A stretch of DNA of 64,000 nt from Thermoplasmata archaeon (GTDB taxonomy: Archaea; Thermoplasmatota; Thermoplasmata; Lutacidiplasmatales; UBA184), in contig JAKAWX010000002.1 of the NCBI GenBank assembly GCA_021816865.1, positions 12,110-76,109 on the forward strand. The letters are read 5' to 3'. The notes under the pieces are model-generated. The model saw only the letters and a program-made list of their open reading frames with translations. It made no database searches and had not been told where the DNA came from. Below are positions 17,509-26,880 of this stretch, in pieces (within the stretch, counting starts at the first letter, position 1; every line of letters starts with the position of its first letter). The position numbers and the translations under genes were made by a program.

Positions 17509-19566
17509 CTAGCCGAGCGCGCAGCCGAAAAGGTAGGCGCTTCCGTTCTCGTCGAGCAGCGGGAACGTCGTCGGGTCGGCGAGGAGCGGCCCGGGAGAGA
17601 ACGGCGGCCAGAGCCGAGTGTTCGCGCCCGTGACGACGATCGCGTCGATCGCGAGGGCGGAGAGGGCGCTACGGCCGGCGGCGTCGAGCGTCGCGTTCGA
17701 GAGTTCGGAGACGAGCAGGCGATAGGAGGCGTTCCCGTACCACCACCCCGGCACGAGCGGGTAGACGAGGACGAGGTCGCTCGCGTAGCCGGGCAGGAAG
17801 TCGGCGGCGCTTCCCGGCGCGACCAGGACCCGTGCGCCCGCCGGCAGCTGCGCCCCTGCGGACGCGATCAGCGCGAGCTCTTGCGCCGTCACGTTGCCGA
17901 AGTCGCCGTAGAGCGTGGAGAGCACCGGGGGGAGCGCGGTCGGAGTGAGCGCGACTCCCGGGACCACGATCGCGAGCGCGATTGCGAGCGACACGACCGC
18001 GCGACGGGGCTCGAACGGCGCGGGTCGGGCGCGTGACCTCCCCGCGGCCGCCCGGGCGGTCCTCCCGCGGTCGTCGTCGGACCGGCCGAGCCAGCCGGCG
18101 AACCGTTCGAGCGCGAGGACGAGCGGAAGCGCCGCGACGAGCGCGTACAGCGAGAGGAGGTAGAGCGAGAGCTCGCCCGCGCTCGTCACCGATTCGACCG
18201 CGACCGCCGGGGGAAACCCGCTCGACGCCGCCCAGAGCACTGCGAGGAGGCCGACGACAGCGGCGACGCCGGCCGCGGCGAACCGGCGGAATGCCCCGAG
18301 GTAGCGGGCGAGCGCCGAGTCGCCGCCCACGACCACGAGGAGGCCGAGCCCGACCACGAGCAGTACGGCGAGCTCGAGCCGGAGCGCGGGGACCGCGCTG
18401 AACTGGACGTCCTGAGGACGGAAGAGGAACGGGTCGATGCTCCCGATGAATTGCGCGCTCGAGATCCCGGTCGGACTGCCGGCCGGTGCGGCCGCGGCGC
18501 CCGGGACGAACCCCGGGCTCGAGCGGCCGAGGGTGAGGACGTAGAGCGAGGGGGCGACGCCGACCAGGGAAGCGCCGACCGCGACGGCCCAGCGTGCGAC
18601 CCAGGTCCGCGCGCGTCCCCCGAACCGCGGCCACGCGAAGGCACCCGCGATCGGCAGCGCGACGAACAGCCACTCGGGACCGACGGGGTTGAGCGCGGCG
18701 GCGTACCCCGCGAGCACGCCGAACCCCACGGCGTCGCCGAGCGACGGCGGCGAACCCCGCGTCCACGACGTCGCCCGCCCGCAGAGCAAGAGGACGAGCG
18801 GGAAGGCAAAGACGAAGTCGTTGCTCCCCGAAACGATCGTCCGCGTCGCGGGCGCGAGCCACGCGAGGACGAGGGCCGTCGCGACGCCCGCGCGGTCGCT
18901 CGCGAACAGGCGGCGACCGAGGACGAACGCGCCGAGCGGCGCCAGGGCGAAGAAGAGCGGAGTGACGAGGAGGCTCGTACGGGCCGGCGGGAGGCCAAAG
19001 ACGAGCTGGGCCCACCCGAGCCAGACCGTCGTGCCTTGGGGGTAGAGGATCGCCGGGGCGGCGTACGGCTGGAACGAGAGCGGGATCGAGTGGTGCGAGA
19101 TAAGGAGCGCAACGTAGGTCGTCAGGAGGCCCGAGTCGAACGTGTTGCCCGTGCCGACGGGTCCTACGACCGCGAGCTCCACCGCGAAGAGCGCGAGCGC
19201 CGAGACGAGCACGACGAGCGACCCCGGCCGTACGAGGCGGGCGAGCGACCCCGCGACCTCTTCCCCGAGCGTTCCGCCGGGCCGCCCGCGGGCGAAAAGG
19301 AGCCCGAGCCCGACGGCCGCCGCGACCGGGAGGCCGAGGACAACCGGGGCCACGAACAGCCCGAGCGGTAGCGCCGCGAGGAGGTAGAGGACGGCGCCAC
19401 CGAGGTAGAAGTCGAGGAGGGCCGCCTCGATCGGCTCGTCGGTCCGCCACCCTGCGAACCAACGGCCGACGAGCCGACGCACGAACTCGCCGAGGACGGC
19501 GGCCGACGCTGCCCAGAGGACGAGGCCGACGGCCCACACGGCACCGGACGGCCCGGGGAGACCCAC
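17509..19566 (-). CDS. Large polytopic membrane protein, possible GT-C-fold glycosyltransferase
   Basis: More than 12 hydrophobic helices, loop with FD and YPQG, soluble C-terminal domain; divergent from flippase; function inferred. Confidence 0.7.
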   Translation of the reverse strand: MGLPGPSGAVWAVGLVLWAASAAVLGEFVRRLVGRWFAGWRTDEPIEAALLDFYLGGAVLYLLAALPLGLFVAPVVLGLPVAAAVGLGLLFARGRPGGTLGEEVAGSLARLVRPGSLVVLVSALALFAVELAVVGPVGTGNTFDSGLLTTYVALLISHHSIPLSFQPYAAPAILYPQGTTVWLGWAQLVFGLPPARTSLLVTPLFFALAPLGAFVLGRRLFASDRAGVATALVLAWLAPATRTIVSGSNDFVFAFPLVLLLCGRATSWTRGSPPSLGDAVGFGVLAGYAAALNPVGPEWLFVALPIAGAFAWPRFGGRARTWVARWAVAVGASLVGVAPSLYVLTLGRSSPGFVPGAAAAPAGSPTGISSAQFIGSIDPFLFRPQDVQFSAVPALRLELAVLLVVGLGLLVVVGGDSALARYLGAFRRFAAAGVAAVVGLLAVLWAASSGFPPAVAVESVTSAGELSLYLLSLYALVAALPLVLALERFAGWLGRSDDDRGRTARAAAGRSRARPAPFEPRRAVVSLAIALAIVVPGVALTPTALPPVLSTLYGDFGNVTAQELALIASAGAQLPAGARVLVAPGSAADFLPGYASDLVLVYPLVPGWWYGNASYRLLVSELSNATLDAAGRSALSALAIDAIVVTGANTRLWPPFSPGPLLADPTTFPLLDENGSAYLFGCALG

Positions 19567-19658
19567 GGGAAGGCGAGCCGCCGGCGACTTATAGAACCCT
19601 ACCGGCCCACCGGAACGTATTTACCCCACAATCGCAGCCCCTCCTGCGGACGTGGGCG

Positions 19659-21218
19659 GTGGCCACGGACTCCGATAGGGAGGTCCGAGAGGGACTTTCG
19701 AGCATCACCCGCGGAACTCTGTTCCTCCTCTTCGCGACGCTCGGCTTCGTCGTCCTCAACTTCGTCTCGCGCGTCGTGGTCGTGCGCAGCATCCTGCCGG
19801 GCGACTTCAGCGCATTCTCCCTTGGCCTGTCGCTCGCGGGCCTCCTGTCGGCGTTCGGAACGCTCGGCCTCACGAACGCCGTCGCGCGCGGCATCCCGCA
19901 TGCGGCGTCGGACGCCGAACGGCGGACGATCGTCCGGAGCACGTTCGCGATCGGAAGCGTGGCCGCCGTCGCGAGCTCGGCCCTCCTCTGGGTGTTCGCA
20001 GGACCTATCGGGCGGGCGCTCGTCGAGCCGGGGCTGACGCTCGCGCTCGAGTTCTTCCCCGTCGCCGTCGCCGCGTCGATCATCGGGAGCCTCGTCGCGT
20101 CGATCTTCCAGGGATTCGAGGACGTCACACCGAACGCGCTGTTCCTCCAGCTCGTCAACCCCGCGCTGTTCGTGGTCTTCCTCGGGATCGCGATCGTCGT
20201 CCCTCCGTCCGGGATCGATTATCGCGAAGCGCTCGCGGCCTACGCCCTCGCGAACGTCGTGACGCTCGTCCTGATCCTCGTCTACGCGGGTCGCAAATTG
20301 CCCCGCCGTCTCCCGAGGGGCCCTCTGGCGCCCGAAGCGCTCGGCCCACTCTTGCGCTTCGCGGCACCGCTCTTCGTAGTCAGCATCATGGGGAGCATCA
20401 CGGCGTCCGGAGATACGATCCTCCTGGGGGCCTACCATTTCAGTGAGACGGGGACCTACAGCGCCTCGCTGACCCTCGCCCGGCTCCTTCAGATCGGGAT
20501 CGGAGCAGCCGGGTACATCTTCCTGCCGGTCGCGACCAAGTTCTTGCGGCAGAACGACTCCCGGTCGATCCAGCTGACCTACGCGACGGTGACGAAGTGG
20601 ATGACGCTCGTCTCGTTGCCGCTCTTCCTGGTGTTCTTCTTCTTTCCGAGCCCGTCCCTCGGGCTCGTCTACGGCCCGAGGTACGTCTCGGTCGTCGAGC
20701 CGCTCCAGCTCGCCGTCCTCGGGGCGTTCCTCACCACCATCCTCGGTCCCTCGACGATGCTCCAGGTCGCGTTCGGGCAGACCCGCCTCTTGATGTACAA
20801 CTCGATCGCGGCCGGGGTCGTGGACCTCGGGATCGCGCTCCTTCTGGTCCCGGGATGGGGGTACGTCGGGGCCGCCGTCGCGTGGGCGGTGGCGAACTCG
20901 CTCTTCACGGGGCTCTCCCTCGTCGAGCTCGCGGTCCTCTCGGGCGTGCACCCGTTCCGGCGGCACTTCGTGGCCCCGCTGCTCGCGACGGCGCTCCCGA
21001 TCACCGTCGTGTTCGTCGTGACCCGGCCGCTCGTGTCGGGTCTAGGACTCGTCGTACTCGCGCTCGTGTTGGCGGGGCTCTTCGTCCTCCTCGTACTCCT
21101 CACCCGGAGTGTCGACGACGGCGACCGGCTCCTCCTCGAAGCCGTCGAGCGTCTGATCGGCCGGCGTCTCACGATCCTGCGGCGCCTCGGCCGGATCGGG
21201 CTGCGCTCGACGCGGTGA
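19659..21218 (+). CDS. Wzx/MOP-family oligosaccharide flippase
   Basis: About 14 TM helices; LGL..AV.R, D...LG, G.YS, L.P..G..GAA.A signature segments. Confidence 0.9.
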   Translation: MATDSDREVREGLSSITRGTLFLLFATLGFVVLNFVSRVVVVRSILPGDFSAFSLGLSLAGLLSAFGTLGLTNAVARGIPHAASDAERRTIVRSTFAIGSVAAVASSALLWVFAGPIGRALVEPGLTLALEFFPVAVAASIIGSLVASIFQGFEDVTPNALFLQLVNPALFVVFLGIAIVVPPSGIDYREALAAYALANVVTLVLILVYAGRKLPRRLPRGPLAPEALGPLLRFAAPLFVVSIMGSITASGDTILLGAYHFSETGTYSASLTLARLLQIGIGAAGYIFLPVATKFLRQNDSRSIQLTYATVTKWMTLVSLPLFLVFFFFPSPSLGLVYGPRYVSVVEPLQLAVLGAFLTTILGPSTMLQVAFGQTRLLMYNSIAAGVVDLGIALLLVPGWGYVGAAVAWAVANSLFTGLSLVELAVLSGVHPFRRHFVAPLLATALPITVVFVVTRPLVSGLGLVVLALVLAGLFVLLVLLTRSVDDGDRLLLEAVERLIGRRLTILRRLGRIGLRSTR

Positions 21219-21485
21219 GCTCCCGGCCGCCGGGGCCGACGCGGCCCGCCCCTCGCGTACGTGTTCGACGAGGAGGAGGACCACGCCGCCCCCGAGCAGG
21301 AAGAAGACGTACTCCGCCAGCGCGTTCGCCGCCCCGGTGTTCCCGAGCGCGTCGACGACCGCAGTGACGACGAGAAGGACCAGGGCGGCGCCGATCGGAT
21401 AGCGGGCGTCGAGAGGGGCCCACACGGAGTACACCATGTAGGCGAGTAGCAGGACGACGAACGCGATCGTGAACGGGAACGTCAC
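21042..21485 (-). CDS. Small membrane protein (3 TM helices)
   Basis: Three clear hydrophobic helices (D.RYPI..AL, A..LA...FFLL..GV); 3' end overlaps flippase antisense; start uncertain. Confidence 0.7.
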   Translation of the reverse strand: MTFPFTIAFVVLLLAYMVYSVWAPLDARYPIGAALVLLVVTAVVDALGNTGAANALAEYVFFLLGGGVVLLLVEHVREGRAASAPAAGSSPRRAQPDPAEAPQDRETPADQTLDGFEEEPVAVVDTPGEEYEEDEEPRQHEREYDES

Positions 21486-21670
21486 GGGCCTCGGATCGCC
21501 TCGAACGGTCGCGAGTTCAAAATCGTATCCCGTCGGGTTCGGCCGCACGCCGTGGGTCCGCAGCGTGTCGACTACCGGCCGCGTCACGCCCCGGTGGGGC
21601 GGGTGCCCAGTCAGGTTTACATAGGTCGTCCCTTATGCCAATCCCGAGAGACCGATCTCGGTTATCCCAG

Positions 21671-22273
21671 ATGGTGGGAAGTTCGCGCAGGCGACGCATC
21701 GTTCCGATCGTGCTCGGACTGGCGATGCTCGCGGTGGTCATTGCGGCGGCCCTGTCGCCGAACACCGGTGTGGTCCAGGCCCAGACGAATGCGCAGTACA
21801 ACCAGTCCCCCTCCTCGACCGTCTCTCCCTACCTCTACGTCGGCATCGGGGTGGCGGTCGCGCTCGCCGCGCTGCTCGTGGCGCTCCTGTTGATGGGCCG
21901 ACGGCGACGCCGACCGCCTTCCCCGCCTCCCCCCCAGTTGTGGCAGGGCGGTCCGTCCGCGCCGACGACAGCGGCCGCGGTGGCGCCTCCCCCACCCTCG
22001 CCCCCGCCACCGAGCCCCCCTCCGCCCGCCGCGCACCCGGCGTACCTCGAGACCCCCGAGGACGTCGGCCAGGCGGCCCCGACCGGGCCTATCGTCGGAA
22101 CGGGCGTCGGTGCGGGGGCGGCCGCGGGAGCGGGGGCCGAAGCGGAGCCGGACATCGATTCGTTGATGGCCGAGCTCGACAAGATCAGCGGCGAGATCCT
22201 GAAGCGGGCTCCGAAGAAGGGCCCCGGGTCGGTTCCCGCTGACGAAGGGACCGGCGCGGCCGGAAACCGTTAG
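21671..22273 (+). CDS. Membrane protein with proline-rich cytoplasmic tail
   Basis: Signal/TM segment, second TM, RRRRR stop-transfer, poly-Pro, acidic amphipathic helix; TTTACATA upstream; alternative start 21635. Confidence 0.8.
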   Translation: MVGSSRRRRIVPIVLGLAMLAVVIAAALSPNTGVVQAQTNAQYNQSPSSTVSPYLYVGIGVAVALAALLVALLLMGRRRRRPPSPPPPQLWQGGPSAPTTAAAVAPPPPSPPPPSPPPPAAHPAYLETPEDVGQAAPTGPIVGTGVGAGAAAGAGAEAEPDIDSLMAELDKISGEILKRAPKKGPGSVPADEGTGAAGNR

Positions 22274-22330
22274 AGCCCCCTCGCCCGTGGGCCGGCGGTG
22301 CTTAAGAACCCGGGCGGAGTCGTTCTGTCG

Positions 22331-22588
22331 ATGCCCGAAGCCCCGAGGACTCCGGACGAGGATGGCCTCTTGGCGGAGCTGCACGACGCGATCGCCCGGG
22401 CCTCCCGCCGGCCCCGCGAGATCGAGGTCGGGATCGTGCTCTCGATCGCCCTCGGTCGGCGACGCGGTGCCGTCTCCTGCGGGGGCTGCCAGATCCCGCT
22501 CGAGTTCGAGGGGATCCCGGCCCGGACCAACGCCCGTCTCGGGGGCCCGTTCCGCTTGGTGTTCGAAGAGCGTGCGACCGGTTCGTAA
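22331..22588 (+). CDS. Small hypothetical protein with CxxC
   Basis: CTTAAG at 22301-22306, 24 nt before ATG; CGGC motif. Confidence 0.65.
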   Translation: MPEAPRTPDEDGLLAELHDAIARASRRPREIEVGIVLSIALGRRRGAVSCGGCQIPLEFEGIPARTNARLGGPFRLVFEERATGS

Positions 22589-22614
22589 CCGCGTCGGTCG
22601 CGGGAGGTCGTCGG

Positions 22615-23310
22615 ATGTCGATCCTGGGAACGGTCGCTGACCTGATCACGATGATCCTCGCTACGGTCGGACTCGCGGGGGTCTTCGGCCTGATGGCCGT
22701 GGAGAGTTTCGGCCTACCGCCGGTCCCGAGCGAGGTGATCCTGCCGTTCACGGGGTTCCTCATCGCGTCGGGGACGTTCCCGCTGGTCGGGGCGGTGCTC
22801 GCCGCTCTTCTGGGCGGCCTCGTCGGGTCGTACGCCGGCTACGCGGTCGGACGGTGGTGGCGCCACCGCATCACCGGCCTCGGGATCGGCCGACTCCGAC
22901 TCGAGCCGCGCCACCTCGAGCGGATGGACCGGTTCTTCGCCCGTAGAGGAGAGGTCACGGTCGGCGTGGCGCGTCTACTGCCCGTCGTCCGAAGCTACAT
23001 CTCCTACCCGGCCGGGACCGCCGAGATGAACCCGGTGCGCTTCGGTGTGTACACGCTCCTCGGCAGCATTCCGTTCACGCTGGGCCTCATCTATGCGGGG
23101 ATGGTCCTGCGCTCCGACTGGACCCTGGTCTCTTCGTACTTCTCCGTCCTCGACTACCCGCTGATCGCGATCGTGGCGATCGTCGTCGTGTTCATCATCC
23201 TCCAGGTGGCGGGCGTCCTCGCCCCCGGCTGGCCGCCCCGCCGCGCGTCGAAGGGGCCCTCCGCAAGCTCGGCCGACCCGGCCGCGCCGTCTCCTCCTCC
23301 CTCGGGGTGA
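22615..23310 (+). CDS. DedA-family membrane protein
   Basis: ES...P.PSE..LP..G, Y.VGR, F.R.G, ARLLP.VRS.IS.PAG. Confidence 0.93.
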   Translation: MSILGTVADLITMILATVGLAGVFGLMAVESFGLPPVPSEVILPFTGFLIASGTFPLVGAVLAALLGGLVGSYAGYAVGRWWRHRITGLGIGRLRLEPRHLERMDRFFARRGEVTVGVARLLPVVRSYISYPAGTAEMNPVRFGVYTLLGSIPFTLGLIYAGMVLRSDWTLVSSYFSVLDYPLIAIVAIVVVFIILQVAGVLAPGWPPRRASKGPSASSADPAAPSPPPSG

Positions 23311-23341
23311 AGGTCGTCTTCTCGCCCCGGCGCTCGGTCGG

Positions 23342-24712
23342 CTAGGGGCGAGCCCCCGTCGTCGTACGCGCCGGCGGGTGCGAGCGGGCGTACTCCGGCC
23401 GAACGACCTCACCGACCGGCCGTCCGATGTACTGGCCATCCTCGACGATCCGCTCGCCCCGCCGGTAGTGCTCGCGGGGGAAGATCGCCTCCCAACCTTC
23501 GAAAGCGGTCCAGCCGCACGGTGCGTGGAGCCGGCGGGCCTCTAGGCGGGTCCGGGCCCGAAAATCGACCACGAGGAGGTCGGCTCGATGCCCGACCGCG
23601 AGCCGGCCACGGGGCTGGCCGACCCAGCGCGACGGCCGGTCGCTCGCGGCTGCGACCAGGGTCCCGAGCTCGAGCTCCGAAGCCCGAACCCGGGCGAGCA
23701 TGAGCGGGAGCATCGTCTCGACGCCCGGCATCCCGCTCGGGGCGAGGTCGAACGGTCGGTCCTTCGCGTCGAAAGAGTGCGGCGCGTGGTCGCTCGCGAG
23801 GCAGGGGACCTCGCCGCGCCGGAACCTCGCCCACAGGGCCGCGCGATCGGCCTCGGAGCGCAGCGGCGGGTTGACTTTGCGGTACGAGCAGTCGCCCGAA
23901 CGCTCGGAAAGGAGAAGGTGGTGCGGCGTCGCTTCGAACGACACCCCCGCCGCCCGCAGGCGGTCGGCGACGATGCCGGTCGTGACGTGGGCGACGTGCA
24001 GGCGCAACGACGAGGGCGCGTCGACCAGCGACGCGACGGCGGCGAGCTCGGCAGCAACCGGACGGCGGGCGTTCCAATCGGCGAGCCCCCGGTCCGGCAG
24101 GTCCGTCCGGAACCGGCTCGGGTCCTCGGCGTGGACGCTGACGGGCAGGCGGAGCTCCGCGAGGCGCGCGAGGAGCCCCGGGACCTCACCGGACGCAGGG
24201 ACCTCCTCGACCCCCGTCGTCGGGCTGAGGTAGACCTTGAACCCGCCCGCGGTCTCGGCGAGGCGCGCGAGAGCGCGCGGCCGCACGGGAAGGGCGTAGA
24301 GGAGGACGTCGACGGCCGCCCGGCCGGTCACGTGACGGGCCTTTTGCTCGACGCCGTCCGAGTCCGTCACCGGCGGGATCGTGTTCGGCATGTCGCCGAC
24401 GAGCCCGACCCCCCCGAGGGCGGCTTGGATCGTCCCGGAGGCGAGCGTCTCGACGTCGCGAGGTCCTCCCGGCTCGCGCAGGTGAACGTGCAGGTCGGTG
24501 GCGGCGGGGAGGATCACCGAGTCGCCGACGTCGTGTCGGGGCCCGCCCCTCAGGTTCCGGCCGAGCGCGGTGATGATGCCGTCGTCGTCGATCGCGATCT
24601 CGACCGGCTGGAGGCGCCCGCGAACCTCTGCCCGGCCGACGAGGATCCACGCGACGTGCCCACTCCGCTCCGGTGCGCCGTCCGGGCCCCCGGGATCGTC
24701 ATCGGTCCCCAT
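23342..24712 (-). CDS. pyrC: Dihydroorotase (amidohydrolase family)
   Basis: DLHVHLREPG, DMPNT.P, HAED, H.AHV, TPHHL, KVNPPLR, SDHAPH. Confidence 0.92.
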   Translation of the reverse strand: MGTDDDPGGPDGAPERSGHVAWILVGRAEVRGRLQPVEIAIDDDGIITALGRNLRGGPRHDVGDSVILPAATDLHVHLREPGGPRDVETLASGTIQAALGGVGLVGDMPNTIPPVTDSDGVEQKARHVTGRAAVDVLLYALPVRPRALARLAETAGGFKVYLSPTTGVEEVPASGEVPGLLARLAELRLPVSVHAEDPSRFRTDLPDRGLADWNARRPVAAELAAVASLVDAPSSLRLHVAHVTTGIVADRLRAAGVSFEATPHHLLLSERSGDCSYRKVNPPLRSEADRAALWARFRRGEVPCLASDHAPHSFDAKDRPFDLAPSGMPGVETMLPLMLARVRASELELGTLVAAASDRPSRWVGQPRGRLAVGHRADLLVVDFRARTRLEARRLHAPCGWTAFEGWEAIFPREHYRRGERIVEDGQYIGRPVGEVVRPEYARSHPPARTTTGARP

Positions 24713-24794
24713 CCTCGGGCGGACGGTGCGGTACGTAAAGAAGCCAGTCCCCGCGCACCGGGTATCGTATAATCCCCGGGTCCATGGGACCCCC

Positions 24795-25853
24795 GTGCTC
24801 TCCCCACGGGGCCGTGCGCGGTGGACGTACGCGACGAGCGGCGTGGACGTCCGCGCCCGGTCGCGGGCTCTCGAGGCGCTCCTCGAGTCACTCGAGTACC
24901 GGGCTCCGCCCGACCACGGGCGACCGATACGGGCCCCGGGGCACTTTGCCGGGATGATCCGGGTCGGTCGCGAAACGATCGCGATGACCACCGACACCGT
25001 CGGGACGAAAGTCCTCCTCGCCGAGCAGCTCGGCCGTTGGGAGGAGGTCGGCGAAGACATCGTCGGTGTCAACGTCAACGACCTTGCGGCGGTCGGCGCC
25101 CGGCCGGCCGGACTTGTCGACACGATCCTCTGCGTCCGTCCCGACGAGGGGGTCTTCCGGGCCCTCGGACGGGGGCTCGACCGGGGGATGCGTCAGGCCC
25201 GGTGCACGCTCCTGGGAGGAGAGACGGCGATCGTCCCCGACCTCGTGCGCGGGATCGACCTCGGGGGGACCGCGGTCGGGTTCTTCCCGCGCGGCCGGGC
25301 ACCGGTCACCGGCGCTCGCCTCTCCGCCGGCGACGTGATCCTCGGGATCCCCTCCGCGGGGCTCCACGCGAACGGCTTTACGCTGGTGCGGAAGTTGCTC
25401 GACGACCGCGCGGTCGACCTCGCGGCTCCGCGGCCGGGCGCGAGCGAGCCGGTCGGGGTCGAGCTGTTGCGGCCGACGCGGATCTACTCGACGATCGCGG
25501 ACGCGCTCGCCGGCCGTCCCGACGTGCACGGGTTCGCCCACATGAGCGGAGGCGGGGTGCGCAACCTCGTCCGGCTCCACCCGCGGCTCGGCTTCGTCCT
25601 CGACCACTGGCCGGTCCCTCCGCCCCTCTTCCGGTGGGTGCAATCCTTGGGCGAGCTCCCGGACGAGGAGATGTTCGAGACGTTCAACATGGGGATCGGT
25701 TTCGTGGTGATCGTCGCCCGCCACCGACTCTCGGAGGTGCACCGGCGGCTTGCCCGCGCGGGGGCGCCGGACGCGCTCGCGATCGGGCACGTGGCGCGCG
25801 GCGGCGGCGTCCGCCTGCCCGACCTCGGTCTCGAGTACGCGCAGTACGCCTGA
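24795..25853 (+). CDS. purM: Phosphoribosylformylglycinamidine cyclo-ligase (AIR synthetase)
   Basis: TY..SGVD, TD.VGTK, VND, GGETA, S.GLH.NG, LL.PT.IY, FNMG.G. Confidence 0.94.
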   Translation: MLSPRGRARWTYATSGVDVRARSRALEALLESLEYRAPPDHGRPIRAPGHFAGMIRVGRETIAMTTDTVGTKVLLAEQLGRWEEVGEDIVGVNVNDLAAVGARPAGLVDTILCVRPDEGVFRALGRGLDRGMRQARCTLLGGETAIVPDLVRGIDLGGTAVGFFPRGRAPVTGARLSAGDVILGIPSAGLHANGFTLVRKLLDDRAVDLAAPRPGASEPVGVELLRPTRIYSTIADALAGRPDVHGFAHMSGGGVRNLVRLHPRLGFVLDHWPVPPPLFRWVQSLGELPDEEMFETFNMGIGFVVIVARHRLSEVHRRLARAGAPDALAIGHVARGGGVRLPDLGLEYAQYA

Positions 25854-25887
25854 GCCGCGCGTCCGGCGGTCCCCGGCGCAAACAGTT

Positions 25888-26871
25888 ATGGAACGACCGC
25901 CCTCCTCGGCGCCGGAGGGCAGAGGGGGCGTGGACCGCGCGAAAGGTTACGCGGTCTTCTTGTCGCTCGCCGCGGCCCTCCTCTGGGCGACCTACTACAT
26001 CTTCGTCCTCGCGCTCGACCGCAGCGCCCCGCCGTCGGCCGTCGTGTTCTACCCGTTCCTCTTCGGCGGGGCCGCGTACACCGCCTGGGCGGCCGCGGCG
26101 GGTCACGGCCGGGCGCTGCTCGCGCTCTGGCGGCAGCCGATGGCGTACGTCCGCACAGGGTTCCTGGTCGGGATGCAGGTCTCGGTTCTCGCCGCGACGT
26201 ACCTCACGGGGCCGGTCGACGCTTCGCTCCTCTCGCTGATCGGGGACGTCGTGCTGACCCCGCTGATCGTGGCCCTCGTGATCGGCGCCCACCGGGCGCA
26301 CGTGACGTCGCGGGTCTTCTCGCTCGGGCTCGTGCTGAGCCTCGCCGGTGGGGCGCTCACGATCGCGGGAGGACAGGGCCTCACCGCGGTCCGCGGTCTC
26401 GGGTGGGCGGTGGTTCCGGCGGTCCCGGTCTCGGTCGCGCTCTACTTTCTGCTGAGCGCGCGGGAGAACGAGCGCTCCCCTCCGTCGGCGGTCGTCGCGC
26501 AGTCGATGCTCGCCGCGGCGCTCGTCGGCGCTCTCGTCTCGCCCGCGCTCCCGGGCGGGTTCGCCGGACTCGGGTCGCCCTCGCCCGCCGCTCTCGTCCT
26601 CCTCGCCGCGACGGGCGTGACGAGCTTCTTCCTCGCTCCGGCGCTCTACTTCCACGCGATCTCGCGCGCCGGTCTCGTGATCCCGCCGATGCTGATGACC
26701 GGGATCCCGGTCTTCACCCTCCTGCTCTCCGCGACCGTCCTCCGCCTCGCGCTTCCGTGGGTCGCGCTCCTCGGGATCCCCGTCGCGGTCGTCGGCGCGG
26801 TCCTCACGCTCCGCGGCGAGCGCCCCCCCGAGACGGTGGAGCCCCCGGGCCCCGGGGCGACCTCCTCGTAG
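25888..26871 (+). CDS. EamA/DMT-family transporter
   Basis: About 10 TM helices in two repeats, AALLWA start, PVFT.LL.; alternative start GTG 25930. Confidence 0.82.
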   Translation: MERPPSSAPEGRGGVDRAKGYAVFLSLAAALLWATYYIFVLALDRSAPPSAVVFYPFLFGGAAYTAWAAAAGHGRALLALWRQPMAYVRTGFLVGMQVSVLAATYLTGPVDASLLSLIGDVVLTPLIVALVIGAHRAHVTSRVFSLGLVLSLAGGALTIAGGQGLTAVRGLGWAVVPAVPVSVALYFLLSARENERSPPSAVVAQSMLAAALVGALVSPALPGGFAGLGSPSPAALVLLAATGVTSFFLAPALYFHAISRAGLVIPPMLMTGIPVFTLLLSATVLRLALPWVALLGIPVAVVGAVLTLRGERPPETVEPPGPGATSS

Positions 26872-26880
26872 CCCGCGACC

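Noticed and set aside
21910-22030. C-rich repetitive tract as a DNA repeat element
   Set aside because: Explained by poly-proline codons of the membrane protein
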